DNA of 64,000 nucleotides, from the IMG/VR virus record IMGVR_UViG_3300008117_000258; one strand, given 5' to 3'. Under the pieces are notes generated by a model. It searched no databases and had not been told where the DNA came from. It saw only the letters and a program-made list of their open reading frames with translations. The DNA comes from an uncultured virus (IMG/VR IMGVR_UViG_3300008117_000258). Its lineage: Duplodnaviria > Heunggongvirae > Uroviricota > Caudoviricetes. Both the position numbers and the translations under genes were made by a program. Below, piece after piece: positions 1 to 11,000 of the stretch. Position 1 is the stretch's first letter, and each line of letters begins with the position of its first letter.

Positions 1-128
1 CTTTGGGAACATCTGGGGCAACGCTTGGAGATACATCTGGACCAAATGCTGTAAATCCATCTGGAACACCAAATGGAATTCGTTTACCACTACAAAATAA
101 TTTTGGTAAAGGAAGAAGACGGCGCTAA
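1..128 (+). CDS. 3' end of an upstream phage gene (partial, ...NNFGKGRRRR*)
   Basis: Open frame from position 3 to TAA at 126-128; truncated by the window edge. Confidence 0.6.
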   Translation, partial: LGTSGATLGDTSGPNAVNPSGTPNGIRLPLQNNFGKGRRRR

Positions 129-131
129 TTC

Positions 132-140
132 TGGTATAAT
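132..140 (+). promoter_or_regulatory. Extended -10 promoter (TGGTATAAT)
   Basis: TGnTATAAT followed by AGGAGG RBS and ATG at 157. Confidence 0.7.
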
Positions 141-156
141 GACATAGGAGGAACTA

Positions 157-498
157 ATGTCTATTATTGAAGATTTGTCTAAAAAGACTGTTATGGAAAT
201 AAAGTCTTATGCAAAGAAGAACAATATTGACCTATTCGGGGTAAGCACAAAGGCTCACATGCTTGAAGTTATTGCTAGTTGGACACCAAAAGAAGAAACA
301 GAAAAACTAACAAAAATAAAAGAAACAGCACCAGAGAAGGTAGCAATATTTTCAGAAAGAAACGTATTCTGGAATGGTGTTGGAGAAGTCGTAAAAGGCT
401 ATAATATTGTAAGCAAGGAGGTTTCCGAAAAGTGGCTAACTCATAAGTCGGTTCGCATTGCGACCCCACAAGAAGTAGCAAAACACTACGGTAAATAA
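157..498 (+). CDS. Phage protein with N-terminal Rho-N/HeH-like helical motif
   Basis: LSKKTVMEIKSYAKKNNIDL...TKAHMLEVI resembles Rho N-terminal-type motifs; strong RBS. Confidence 0.6.
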   Translation: MSIIEDLSKKTVMEIKSYAKKNNIDLFGVSTKAHMLEVIASWTPKEETEKLTKIKETAPEKVAIFSERNVFWNGVGEVVKGYNIVSKEVSEKWLTHKSVRIATPQEVAKHYGK

Positions 499-500
499 TA

Positions 501-1481
501 ATGATAGTTCTAAGACTCCCACCATTTCCACTAGAAGTAAAGTATGATGTGCCAGAGGCAAATACAGAATATTTTTTATATATTGAAAACGATGATGAAA
601 CAGTGTCTGGATCAAACACGCTAACATCAAATTCAAACTCTCAAATTACTTATACTTTAACTGGAGATTTTGTAAAATATGACAACGATTACAATGTAAC
701 AATATATGAGTCAGTTGATGAAGAGCCAGGAAATCTTGTAGTTGAAGACATATTAACTGTAGTTAGGCCATATGTCAATCCTAATACACTAGGCACAACT
801 GCTACAGAAATTGCAAATGCTTCATATAATGAAAGAATTGCCAGAGCAATTATTGACTCTGTGGTTGGAACTAGATTTACATTTGAGAAAAAAATACTTG
901 AAACTGTAGGACAAGGAACAGACTACATGCCACTATGGAACTCTGCATATAAAATTAATCAAGTATATGAAAATGGAAAATTAGTTTTTGATATATCTGA
1001 AAATATTCCAGCACTTGATGGCTATAATTATTTAATAACAAAAGATACCACAGCAATAGTAAAAGTTGCTACAGACTCTTCATCGTCAGACTCTTTTAAT
1101 CGTGCAGAAAGAAAACCATTAAAATATAGAGATGCAGGCTCAGACTCATTTTATGCATATGCTCCATATGAAAATTTTGACAATCTATGGACGAACACAA
1201 AAAATCCTTCAGTAAGTTTTCCAGAAGGATATGATTATATTTTTGTATATGAGGCAGGGTATAAAGTAATTCCTAATGATATACGTGAAGCAACATTAAT
1301 GTTAATTGATGATATTGCTTGTGGCAAAATGGATCACTATAAGGCTTACGTTTCAGACTATAAAACAGATCAGTTTAGTTTAAAATATAATTCTTCAAAG
1401 TTTTCAGGTACTGGAAATATTTTAGTTGACACCATTTTAGATAAATATATAACAGATCTTCGTACGCCAGGGATATTGTAA
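501..1481 (+). CDS. Putative head-to-tail adaptor
   Basis: Position before neck/tail genes; ERIARAIIDS and YEAGYKVIPNDIREATLMLI...TGNILVDTILDKY motifs typical of adaptors. Confidence 0.7.
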   Translation: MIVLRLPPFPLEVKYDVPEANTEYFLYIENDDETVSGSNTLTSNSNSQITYTLTGDFVKYDNDYNVTIYESVDEEPGNLVVEDILTVVRPYVNPNTLGTTATEIANASYNERIARAIIDSVVGTRFTFEKKILETVGQGTDYMPLWNSAYKINQVYENGKLVFDISENIPALDGYNYLITKDTTAIVKVATDSSSSDSFNRAERKPLKYRDAGSDSFYAYAPYENFDNLWTNTKNPSVSFPEGYDYIFVYEAGYKVIPNDIREATLMLIDDIACGKMDHYKAYVSDYKTDQFSLKYNSSKFSGTGNILVDTILDKYITDLRTPGIL

Positions 1482-1936
1482 TGAGTAAGGTATGTGAAAA
1501 TACCGACTTCATGTTTCCCATGCTTGCGGATGTTTATTACCCAATAGTTGACCAAGGCGCATATGGAAATGTAAAAAAGCAATGGATTCTTGATAGACAA
1601 TTTGCATGTAATTTTGTTATAAAAGGAACCGCATCTTCTGATGAAGAAGTTAAGCCAAATGTAAATATAACAAAAGAAAGTATTCTAATAGGAAGATCAA
1701 AAACGGACATTAGAGTTTCTAGTCAAAAACAAATGAACTCATTAACTAATATAGTTGTAACAAACATTAAGACACATGATGAGCCTACTATATATTTAGA
1801 AACTTCAGGACCAAGATCAGGACATTCAACAATATATGAAATAGCATCCATAGAGCCAATTATAGGATTTTTAAATAAAATAGAATACTACAAGGTAATT
1901 TTAAGACGTTCCGAAAATCAGGCAACAGATATATGA
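1481..1936 (+). CDS. Putative head-to-tail stopper
   Basis: Size, beta-rich composition, synteny, TAATG coupling to adaptor. Confidence 0.6.
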   Translation: MSKVCENTDFMFPMLADVYYPIVDQGAYGNVKKQWILDRQFACNFVIKGTASSDEEVKPNVNITKESILIGRSKTDIRVSSQKQMNSLTNIVVTNIKTHDEPTIYLETSGPRSGHSTIYEIASIEPIIGFLNKIEYYKVILRRSENQATDI

Positions 1937-2613
1937 CAAAACTAATAATAAACACTAAACAATTAACTAAAGATATTAAAAATATTATTGATTATTCAGA
2001 AGGTTTTTTAGAAGGTGTGCAAAAGGGTAAAAAAAGATTTTTTGGAAATCTTGGAAAAATGCTTGTAGAGTCAGCAAAACAATTTGTTGATTCTAGCGCA
2101 AGACTTAACCCTTCAATGCTTCACCATGTTTATGAGTGGCAGCAAACTGGAAGCCCAAATGCAAGATTATTTAATCTTAATTATTTTGTTAATGACTATG
2201 GACTATCTTTTAATTATACATTCTCTCAATCATCAACAATTAAGGATGGATCAAACCAACCATTCTATGACAAGGCAAGAATTATGGAACAAGGAATCCC
2301 AGTTACTATTGCTCCCATAAGATCAGACGTTCTTGCGTTTGATTATAACGGAGAAGAAGTATTTACTAGAAATGAAGTTACAGTTAATAATCCTGGAGGA
2401 GATTTAGTTAAAGGATCATTTGAAAAAGTATATTCTGAATTTTTTACAAAATATTTTAGCCAAGCATTTTTAAAGACAAGCGGTATAATTGATTATTTAG
2501 AAAATCCAGTTTTGTACAAAACAAATTTTTCAAAAGGAAAAAATCGTGGAAGACAACTTGGATTACAGGTTGGATATAGTTGGATAGGAAATGCGGGAAC
2601 ACTAAATGGCTAA
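1933..2613 (+). CDS. Putative neck/tail-completion protein
   Basis: Synteny; ARIMEQG...VLAF motif like HK97 gp10-type neck proteins. Confidence 0.5.
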   Translation: MTKLIINTKQLTKDIKNIIDYSEGFLEGVQKGKKRFFGNLGKMLVESAKQFVDSSARLNPSMLHHVYEWQQTGSPNARLFNLNYFVNDYGLSFNYTFSQSSTIKDGSNQPFYDKARIMEQGIPVTIAPIRSDVLAFDYNGEEVFTRNEVTVNNPGGDLVKGSFEKVYSEFFTKYFSQAFLKTSGIIDYLENPVLYKTNFSKGKNRGRQLGLQVGYSWIGNAGTLNG

Positions 2614-3214
2614 TAACTCTTTATTAAATACACCAACACTATGGGTAAATAAATATCTTCAATCTAAATTAACTAATTTAATAGGCATTGGCGTACCATT
2701 TTTCCCTACAACTCCAAGTACAATTGATGATCTTACAGAGCAGTGGATTGTTGTTGATGACCAAAGATATGGATACTCTGGGGTTATGGCAACCTGGGAT
2801 AGATTATTTAGAATGAATAAAAAAGGTTTTCCCCATATTAAGTGTGAGCAATTAATGTATTATTTTTATGGAACAACAGATGGAGTAACCGAAAAAATGG
2901 TGCAGGTACAGGAAGCCGTTTTACGACTTTTAGACAGAATGGATGAATCAGCACAGGAGGTCAATGATTGGTGCTCTAATCGCCAGGTAAACCTTGGTAC
3001 AGCCACTGTGGAGGATCTTATAGACTGCCAGTTCTACTTCCATAATTTTAAGGTATACCAACTTGAAGAAGTAAGGGATATTATTGATTTTGGAACTGCT
3101 CGTACTTATGGCGGAAATAAAATTATTATTGAATTTGACTACCATAGCATAGGTGATATTTCTAACCCTGGCTGGAAGCCAGAAACTCCACCAGCACAAA
3201 AAATAACAATTTAA
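2606..3214 (+). CDS. Putative tail terminator
   Basis: Immediately upstream of the major tail gene; size. Confidence 0.5.
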   Translation: MANNSLLNTPTLWVNKYLQSKLTNLIGIGVPFFPTTPSTIDDLTEQWIVVDDQRYGYSGVMATWDRLFRMNKKGFPHIKCEQLMYYFYGTTDGVTEKMVQVQEAVLRLLDRMDESAQEVNDWCSNRQVNLGTATVEDLIDCQFYFHNFKVYQLEEVRDIIDFGTARTYGGNKIIIEFDYHSIGDISNPGWKPETPPAQKITI

Positions 3215-3219
3215 AAGGC

Positions 3220-3228
3220 TGTTATAAT
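3220..3228 (+). promoter_or_regulatory. Extended -10 promoter (TGTTATAAT) for major tail gene
   Basis: Intergenic TGnTATAAT; GAGGTG RBS before ATG 3291. Confidence 0.7.
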
Positions 3229-3290
3229 TAAACTTGAGGAAACAGCGCCAAACAACTTAATAACCCTATTTAGGAAAAAGAGGTGAAAAT

Positions 3291-3929
3291 ATGGCTAACT
3301 ATAGTCGTGGTACATCAACTAACATTATCGTTGGTGCAGCAGCAGTATTTATTGCTGACACAACACTAACACCAGCAGACGTAACTGCTTTTGAGTCTTC
3401 AAAGACTTACAGAGATACACTTACAAATGATGCTGATTACACCAATGTTGGTTACACAATGAATGGTCTTGAACTGCAGTTCCAACCTGACTTCGGTGAA
3501 GTTAGAGTTGACCAGATTCTTGACGTTGCTAAACTTTACAAGCAGGGTATGCAGGTAAACCTTGCTACTGCTTTTGCTGAAGCAACACTAGAAAACCTTC
3601 TTCTTTCTTTGGCTTATAACGATGACGAACTTTCAGGAACAAAGTCAACTTCAAACGGAAGAGCATTGAATCTTTCCGCAGGAGATATCGGCGAATGTCC
3701 AGTTGAACGTGCTATCGTTGCAGTAGGCCCAGGAACAGGAGACTGCGTAGATTCTTCTTACGTAGAGCGTGTTTACACAGCATACCGTGCACTTTCTATT
3801 GAAAATGTTACAGTATCAGCAAAGCGTGACGAAGCATCTATGTTTGAGGTTTCATTCCGTCTTCTTCCAGAAGACACATCAGGTTCATATGGTAAGATCG
3901 TAGATCGTACCTGGACACCTGCTTCATAA
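3291..3929 (+). CDS. Major tail (tube) protein
   Basis: NIIVGAA..., VGYTMNGLELQFQPDF.EVRVDQ, AEATLENL, FEVSFRLLP motifs; own promoter and terminator; upstream of chaperones and tape measure. Confidence 0.85.
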   Translation: MANYSRGTSTNIIVGAAAVFIADTTLTPADVTAFESSKTYRDTLTNDADYTNVGYTMNGLELQFQPDFGEVRVDQILDVAKLYKQGMQVNLATAFAEATLENLLLSLAYNDDELSGTKSTSNGRALNLSAGDIGECPVERAIVAVGPGTGDCVDSSYVERVYTAYRALSIENVTVSAKRDEASMFEVSFRLLPEDTSGSYGKIVDRTWTPAS

Positions 3930-3948
3930 TTTAATAGATTATACGACA

Positions 3949-3980
3949 GGCCCATCTCTTCGGAGGTGGGCTTTGTTGTT
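3949..3980 (+). terminator. Rho-independent terminator
   Basis: GGCCCATCTC-TTCG-GAGGTGGGCT stem-loop with T-rich tail. Confidence 0.85.
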
Positions 3981-3989
3981 TGGTATAAT
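3981..3989 (+). promoter_or_regulatory. Extended -10 promoter, leaderless transcript
   Basis: TGGTATAAT, 6 nt, then ATG 3996 with no RBS. Confidence 0.7.
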
Positions 3990-3995
3990 GAAATA

Positions 3996-4712
3996 ATGGC
4001 TACTAGAATATATAATGTACAAAAAATAAAGTTAATTAATGGCAGAGAACTTGAACTTGGTCCATTAAAAATAAAATACCTAAGAGATTTTATGGATTGT
4101 TTCCATAAAGTTAATGAGTCAAGTACAGAAGATGAAGCCATATCTATTTTGGTTGAATGCGTAAGAATAGCAATGGAGCAGTATTGCCCAGAAATATCAA
4201 CATCAACAGAACTTATTGAAGACAACATGGACCTTCCAACTGTATATAAAGTTTTAGATATTGCTGGTGGAATAGAAGTAAGTAGTAATTCAGAAGAAAA
4301 TGTAAAAGATCAGGCAATAAAGTCAGATGAAAAAACATCATGGAAAGACCTAGATCTTGCTAAACTTGAGTCTGAAATTTTTACGTTGGGAATTTGGAAA
4401 GATTATGACCAATTAGAAAGAAATTTATCAATGCCTGAACTAGTAGCAACAATGTCTGCAATTAGAGAATTAAGTTATCAAGAAAAAAAGTTTATGGCAG
4501 CAATTCAAGGAGTAGATATTGATTCCCAGGCTGGAGAAACAAAGGGACAAAAAGAATGGGATGACCTAAAAGCAAGAGTATTTTCTAAAGGTGCTACAGA
4601 TGATTCCAATGATGTTTTGGCACTGCAGGGAGTTAATGCACAAAAGGCTGGATTTGGTATTGGCTTAGGCTTAGATTATGAAGACCTAAAAGACCCTTCT
4701 GTTATGCTATAA
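3996..4712 (+). CDS. Tail assembly chaperone, long (GT-like) form
   Basis: Between major tail and tape measure; N-terminal ~95 aa paralogous to the next gene; start moved from 3966 to ATG 3996 because 3966 lies in the terminator. Confidence 0.75.
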   Translation: MATRIYNVQKIKLINGRELELGPLKIKYLRDFMDCFHKVNESSTEDEAISILVECVRIAMEQYCPEISTSTELIEDNMDLPTVYKVLDIAGGIEVSSNSEENVKDQAIKSDEKTSWKDLDLAKLESEIFTLGIWKDYDQLERNLSMPELVATMSAIRELSYQEKKFMAAIQGVDIDSQAGETKGQKEWDDLKARVFSKGATDDSNDVLALQGVNAQKAGFGIGLGLDYEDLKDPSVML

Positions 4713-4713
4713 T
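4705..4713 (+). promoter_or_regulatory. Extended -10 promoter (TGCTATAAT)
   Basis: Overlaps stop of the long chaperone; AGGAGG RBS precedes ATG 4744. Confidence 0.65.
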
Positions 4714-4743
4714 TAACTTAACCTTATAGGAGGGGTAAAATAG

Positions 4744-5076
4744 ATGAGCACTACCGTAAATGAAGAAAAAACAATCGTTTTGATTGACGGTACTAAGGTT
4801 AATATCAGACCACTAAAAATTTCTCTTCTTCGTGAATTTATGAAGAAGTTTGAAGGTCTGGCAAAGGTACAAGATAACAATGATAAGTCAATGACACTTC
4901 TTATTGAGTGTGTACAAATTGCTATGAAGCAGTATGCACCAGAGGTGGCGGGGGACATTGCAAAACTTGAGGACATTATTGATCTTCCAACCGTATATCA
5001 AATCATTGAAGCAGCATCAGGAATTAATCTAACTGAGTCTGCACTAATTGCACTTTCATCAGCGCAAAACGAATAA
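4744..5076 (+). CDS. Tail assembly chaperone, short (G-like) form
   Basis: Directly before tape measure; shares PLKI, LRxFM, ECVxIAMxQYxPE, DLPTVY with the upstream gene. Confidence 0.75.
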   Translation: MSTTVNEEKTIVLIDGTKVNIRPLKISLLREFMKKFEGLAKVQDNNDKSMTLLIECVQIAMKQYAPEVAGDIAKLEDIIDLPTVYQIIEAASGINLTESALIALSSAQNE

Positions 5077-5098
5077 TTAAATAGGAGGCTTACGGTTA

Positions 5099-8000
5099 AT
5101 GGCAGGAGATACTAATACCAATATTTTTATAGGTATTGATACAACTCAAGCCATGGCACAACTTCGTGCCTTAGAAAAAGAGTTAACTGCCCTTAACCGT
5201 GCCATGATTACTGGCACCTCAACTGCTGCTCGTGAGCAAGGCAGATATGCCCAGTCATTAATGCACAACGTTAATGCAACTGGACTCTGGACTGCATCAA
5301 CAATGAAGATGAGCAGTGCTACAGAACAGTTTGCTAATAGTCTTGATAAGGGAAAGTTATCTCTTAAAGAATATTACAGATATGGAATGGCTTCTACAAA
5401 AACTTTCGGTAAGTTTTTTGGTAGCGAATTTAGCACTGTAAGTAAGTTAATAGATAATCGTGTAAAAACACTTCAGCAGCAATATGTTCAGTTGGGTCGT
5501 GACGCTCAGGGCGCAATGAACTCAATGAGGTTTAGGCCAAAAACATTAAATTATAATGATTTAACTACTAGTTTAATGTTGGCTACTCAACGTCACCAAG
5601 TACTAAATAAACTTATTGATGATGGTTCAACAAAACTATTAAACTTTGGTAAGAATACCCAGTGGGCTGGTCGTCAGTTGATGGTTGGTTTTACAATACC
5701 ATTAGCCATGTTTGCTGGATCAGCAATAAAAACATTTAAAGAACTTGAAACACAGGTTATTAGATTTAAAAAGGTATATGGAGATATATACACAGAAAGT
5801 GGTGAGTCTGCAAAAGCACTAAAAGACATTCGTGCACTTGCAAATGAATATACTGCTTATGGAGTTAAAGTTTCAGATACAATTAAAATGGCTGCTGATG
5901 CAGCAGCAATGGGTAACACTGGAGAAAATCTTAAAAACATTGTAAGGCAGACTACAGACCTAGCAGTTCTTGGTGGTATTACACAAGAGCAAGCACTTAA
6001 TACAACAATATCTTTGCAAAATGCTTTTGATATTAGAGGGTCAGAACTTAAAAAAACAATTGACTTCTTGAATGCTACAGAAAACCAAACTGTATTAAGT
6101 TTGGAAGATGTTTCAGAGGCAATCCCAAGAGTTGCTCCAATCGTAAAAGCACTTGGTGGAGATGTTAAAGACTTAACATATTTTATGACTGCAATGAAAG
6201 AAGGTGGAATTTCTGCAGAACAAGGTGCTAACGCACTTAAGTCAGGTCTTGCATCTTTAATTAACCCAACAAAAGCAGCGACTAAAGCAGCAGGACAATA
6301 TGGAATAAGTATTAAGGGTATAGTTGAAGCAAATCAAGGTAACTTAAGAAATACTGTAGTTGGTTTTGCAAATGCATTAAAGCCACTGACAGACTTGCAG
6401 AGAGCGCAAGTAGTTGAAAAGGTTTTTGGTAAGTATCAATTTGCAAGAATGAGTACACTTCTTAATAACCTTACAAAAGAAGGATCTCAGGCAGCCAGAG
6501 TTTTGCAACTAACAACAGCCAGCGCAGAAGAACTTGCAATACTTACAGAACGTGAAAAGAAAACCCAAGCAGATTCTGCAATGAATAAACTTGCACAGGC
6601 TGCTGAAAGACTTAAGGTTGCCATGGCTCCAATAGGAGAAATGTTTGCAAAAATGGTAATTCCTATTGCAGAGTTTTTCCAAAAAATTCTTGATAGATTT
6701 TCTACTTTGCCAGAAGGTGTTAAAAAGTTTGCAGGGCTAATGATCACTGCAATAGGTGGCATTGGCCCAGTTCTCTTGATGACCGTAGGTCTTGTTGCCA
6801 ACGGTATTGCAAATATGCTAAAACTGTTTAACTTAATGCGTAAGGGTTATCAGCAACTTGCATATGGATCACAGGATGTTGCACTAAAAACACAATACTT
6901 ATCACAAGAAGAACTAGAAAATGCATCTATAACCAATGCACTTTATACAAAGCATGAAGCACTATCTGCAGCATATAGATTAGAGGCACAGTCACTTGGT
7001 GCATTGATGTCAGTATATCGTCAAGCAAATACATCAATGAGTTCATTTGCAGCAAACAACAGTGGGCTATTTGTTCCAAGAGGAATTGCTCCAAAACGAT
7101 TTGCAAAAGGAACAGAAAGTGTTCCAGGACCAAGAGGAGCAGGAGATATTGTTCCAGCGATGTTGTCACCTGGAGAATCAGTCATTCCAGCAAAACAAAC
7201 CGCTAAGTATGGTGGTTTTATTTCTCAAATTATTAGTGATAATGTTCCAGGATTTGCAAGTGGACCAGGATTCTGGACACCACCAAAGGTAACTGGTTCT
7301 GCAATATTTGGTCCTGCAGCAAAAGTTTTTGAACCAAAAATAGATTTAACTTCTCCAGGTTCTGTTAGGGCATTAGGAGTTACTAGGTTTAAACCTCTTC
7401 CTGGTGGAGATATTGCACAGGTTATGCCAAGATCAAATGTTTCGTCAATGACACCGTTTTTCTTTAGACCAAATGCAAAAGATCCAAAGTTAACTGATGT
7501 TTTCTTTAATGGAGATTTGTTGTTTACCAGAAAGTTTAATTCTGTAAAAGACCAAGCAAAATATAATGAAAACTATGGTAAGTTCAAAGCAAAGAACACA
7601 AATAATAGTGATGAAATTTTGCTAAGAAATGTAACAGACTTACTTTCAAGAAAAAATGCACAAGATCTAACAGCAAGTAAAATTTTTAGTTCAACTCTTG
7701 GTGGAAAAAGAACTAGTGCTGTTTCTTCAGCAGCAAAATCACGCAGAACACGATATATTCAAAAGAAAGAATTCTTAGCATTACAGAAATACTTTAAGGA
7801 AGAAGAAGAGTATATTAGAAATAATCCATCAATGACTATGGATGATTTAGTTAAACTTACTGCTCCTGCTGCAAAAATTGAAGGAAGAAGACTTAAAGAT
7901 ATTCTTGCAGAAAAACAAGATAGAGGAATGTTTAGACTTTCTCCAGCACTAAGCCATGGAGAAGCAGCAAAAACTAATAAAAGAAGTGCAGATCAAGATG

Positions 8001-11000
8001 TAGCATCTAATCTTTTTGAAGATACAAACCAAATGAATCTTGTGTATCTTTATAATGGAAATAGAACACACATCTCTACTAGAAGAGAAGCAGAGTCATT
8101 TCTTCAAGAATTAAGATCAAAAAAGAATCCAAATTCTTTTGATAAGTATGGAATGCTTGCTTTAGAAAAAAGAATTAGAGATGGTTTTTATGAAAAGTAT
8201 AAGACAAGGCAAGATGAATTGCTTATGCTTTCTAATGGAATTTTGTCAGTTCCTGGTCCAAAGGGAGCGGGAGACATTCAGCCTGCAATGCTTGCTCCTG
8301 GTGAAGCGGTAATTCCTGCAAAGCAAAGTAAAAAATATAGCGGTCTTATATCTGGAATTATGTCAAACCAAATACCTGGTTTTGAAAATGGTCCTGGGTT
8401 TGGTGTTCCAGCATCATTAAGGCCAGGCGGTAAATATACTGACGATTGGGGAGACCCAATAAGCCCAACATCTTCTTCAAATGATAGAGTTGGAAGAGCA
8501 ATTGACAAATTCTTTGATAAACCAAGAGTTAAAAAACTTGGGGATAGAATTGATAGATTTGCTTCACAGTTAAACAAAACAACACCAAAAGTTGCTCAAC
8601 TTGGACAAACAGCAACACAAACAACAAAAGATTTTGGAACTGACAAGACAAGAGGTTTTAGAGGATTTATGACTGGGTATTCCAGGGTACCTCAAGTAGA
8701 TGAAACTGGAGCCAGATTAACTGCAGCACAAAGAACAAATGCAAGACAGGCAATGCGTATGGAGCGAAGTCAAAGAATGATGGGTGTCGGTATGGCAGCC
8801 ATGATGGTTCCTATGGTAGCAGGAGCATATGCAGCAAAGAATCCAGATAGTGGTGTTGCACAAAACATGGATAAGATAATGATGCTTTCTATGCTTCCTA
8901 TGCTTCTTCCATTAATTAATAGCCCTATTAAAATTTTAGCAACATCGTTGATTGGTCTTTCAGCAGTATTTAAAATGCAATCAAGTCAAATTAAACAGTC
9001 GTTAGTTGATGGTGAAAAACAAGCAAAAGCAATGGTAATGACTACAGAAAATCTTGAGGCTTTAGGACGATATACTCAAAAGGTTTCTGTGGGACAAGTA
9101 GCAGCAGCACAAAGAGAAGGAAGAACAAAGGAAATTACCCCAGTCTCAATGGACTATGGAACTAATTTCTTAAACTCTGAAGCAGGAAAACAATTTAAGG
9201 CAAATTTTGATAGCACAATAAAAACTCTTGGAGAATCTGGAACTGCTCAAGCAGCAAGCATAGTAGCCTCACAATTAGCAACGGCAGTACAACAGGGTGT
9301 AATAACCCCAGAACAGGCTCAATCAATTGCAATTAAACTAACAAGAGATCTAAAAGATGCAAGACTAGAGATGAATGTGCGTGGCAAATTAACAGAAATT
9401 CTAGGACCTAATGGAGAAAACCTAGTAACAGATCCATTGTCTGTTCAGGTAAAACTTATTTCAGAAGGAAAAACTTTACAAGAAGCAATATTCTTAAATT
9501 ATCAAAAAGCAATTACAGATGTAAATAAGGGAATTGGCCCAGACATTAAACTGAATCCGTTAAAGGGTGTTGGAGGAAATCGTGCTAATGAACAACCAGG
9601 CGGTGCAATACTTGGTAATCCAATAAACTGGAGCGAAACTGCACAAATGCAAGGTTTGGCAGCAACTGTTGGAAGTGCAAGTTTTATAAAGATTTTAAAT
9701 ACAGTTAGAACTGCAAGAGCAGCAACTGCTGCAGCAACTGCTGGAACAGCAGCAGCAACCGCAGGAACAGCAGGAGCAGCATCACCTGCACTGATCGCAG
9801 CAGCAGGATCACTTGCCATAACAAGCACAGCAGAGTGGCTATTAAGAAAGTGGCAACAGGGAGAAGAAAAGAAGTTTATTACAAAGTATGCAGGAACTCT
9901 TGCTGGAATAGTAACCCCAAATATATTGGCTGGACAGGGAGCATTTAAGCAGCAACTATTGAATAAGTTTAAGGATGATCCATACCAAAAGGCTCAAGCA
10001 GAATCACTCACAAAACAACTAGAAGGAACAACTGCAAAAGCACAAATTGAAATAATGACTTTAGTTAATTCTGATCAAATGACAGTGACTCAGGCAAAAG
10101 CATTAACAACAACACTTCTTGCTACAGGCGAAAAGAATATTGATAGAACAATTAATACAATACTAAATGTTCAAGGAACAGAAGGCTTAGGAAGACTTGC
10201 AACTATTTTGGAATTTATTCCAAATGTAAATAATCAAAAAAATATTCTTTTTGCAATTAAGAATTTAGATGAAGCATCTGCCAACGATATATATTCTGGA
10301 CTTGAAGAACTTATAAAGATTCCAGATTACATAGGAATTGAAATAGATCTTGAAACACAGAAAGATGATATTCCTACATTAAAGAGACTTGGAAAAGAAG
10401 TTGGTTCTTTAAAGAAGGCTTTTCCTAATGGAAAAATTGACCTTAAGGCTTTAGTAGATTTACAACAAAAGTCTGGTGGACCAGGAAATAATCTAACTCT
10501 TGATAAAGCAATTGAAAGTTGGACAACTCTTTCTAAACTTCCTAAAGAGTTACAATTCCAAGCAATGATAACTTTAGGAGCATTGAATAAGTCAGACTCT
10601 TTTGATACTGTCGTAAATAGAGAAGTTCTTGCTGCATATAGAAAAGCAAATCCAAAAGCAAGAAAAATTACTAAGTCTGCACTTGACTCTTTTGCAAAAA
10701 ATAATCCACAGATAAGAACAAAAGCAGAAGAAATTGCAATGATTGAAATATTTGGAACCTCTATACCAAGCACATCTAAGTCAGGTGGGGGAGCAGCAGG
10801 TGGTGAAGGAACCAAGAAAGATAACTCCTGGCTAGTTGACCTTGCACAAAAACTTAAACTTGTAAAAGATTCATCAATAGATGCTTTAAATCCATTAAAG
10901 TCAATCCAAAAATTCCTTAGCGGAGATATTTCTGGACAAGGCGGGGGAAGCGTAAAAAGCAATAAGTCTCTTGACAAACAACTAGGTGCAATTAAGCAAA

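Noticed and set aside
4744..5099. Programmed frameshift in the tail chaperone
   Set aside because: The short gene is followed 22 nt later by the tape measure, leaving no room for a T frame; the long form is a separate gene
9716..9806. GCA-rich nucleotide repeat
   Set aside because: Simply encodes an Ala/Thr/Gly-rich segment of the tape measure
9900..9960. Possible further deletion in the tape measure near ...NILAGQGAFKQQLL
   Set aside because: The transition looks abrupt but the frame is intact and I cannot support it without homolog alignment
10327..10977. 216-aa minus-strand ORF and other antisense ORFs within the tape measure
   Set aside because: Fully nested opposite a long conserved gene, with no RBS or recognisable motifs
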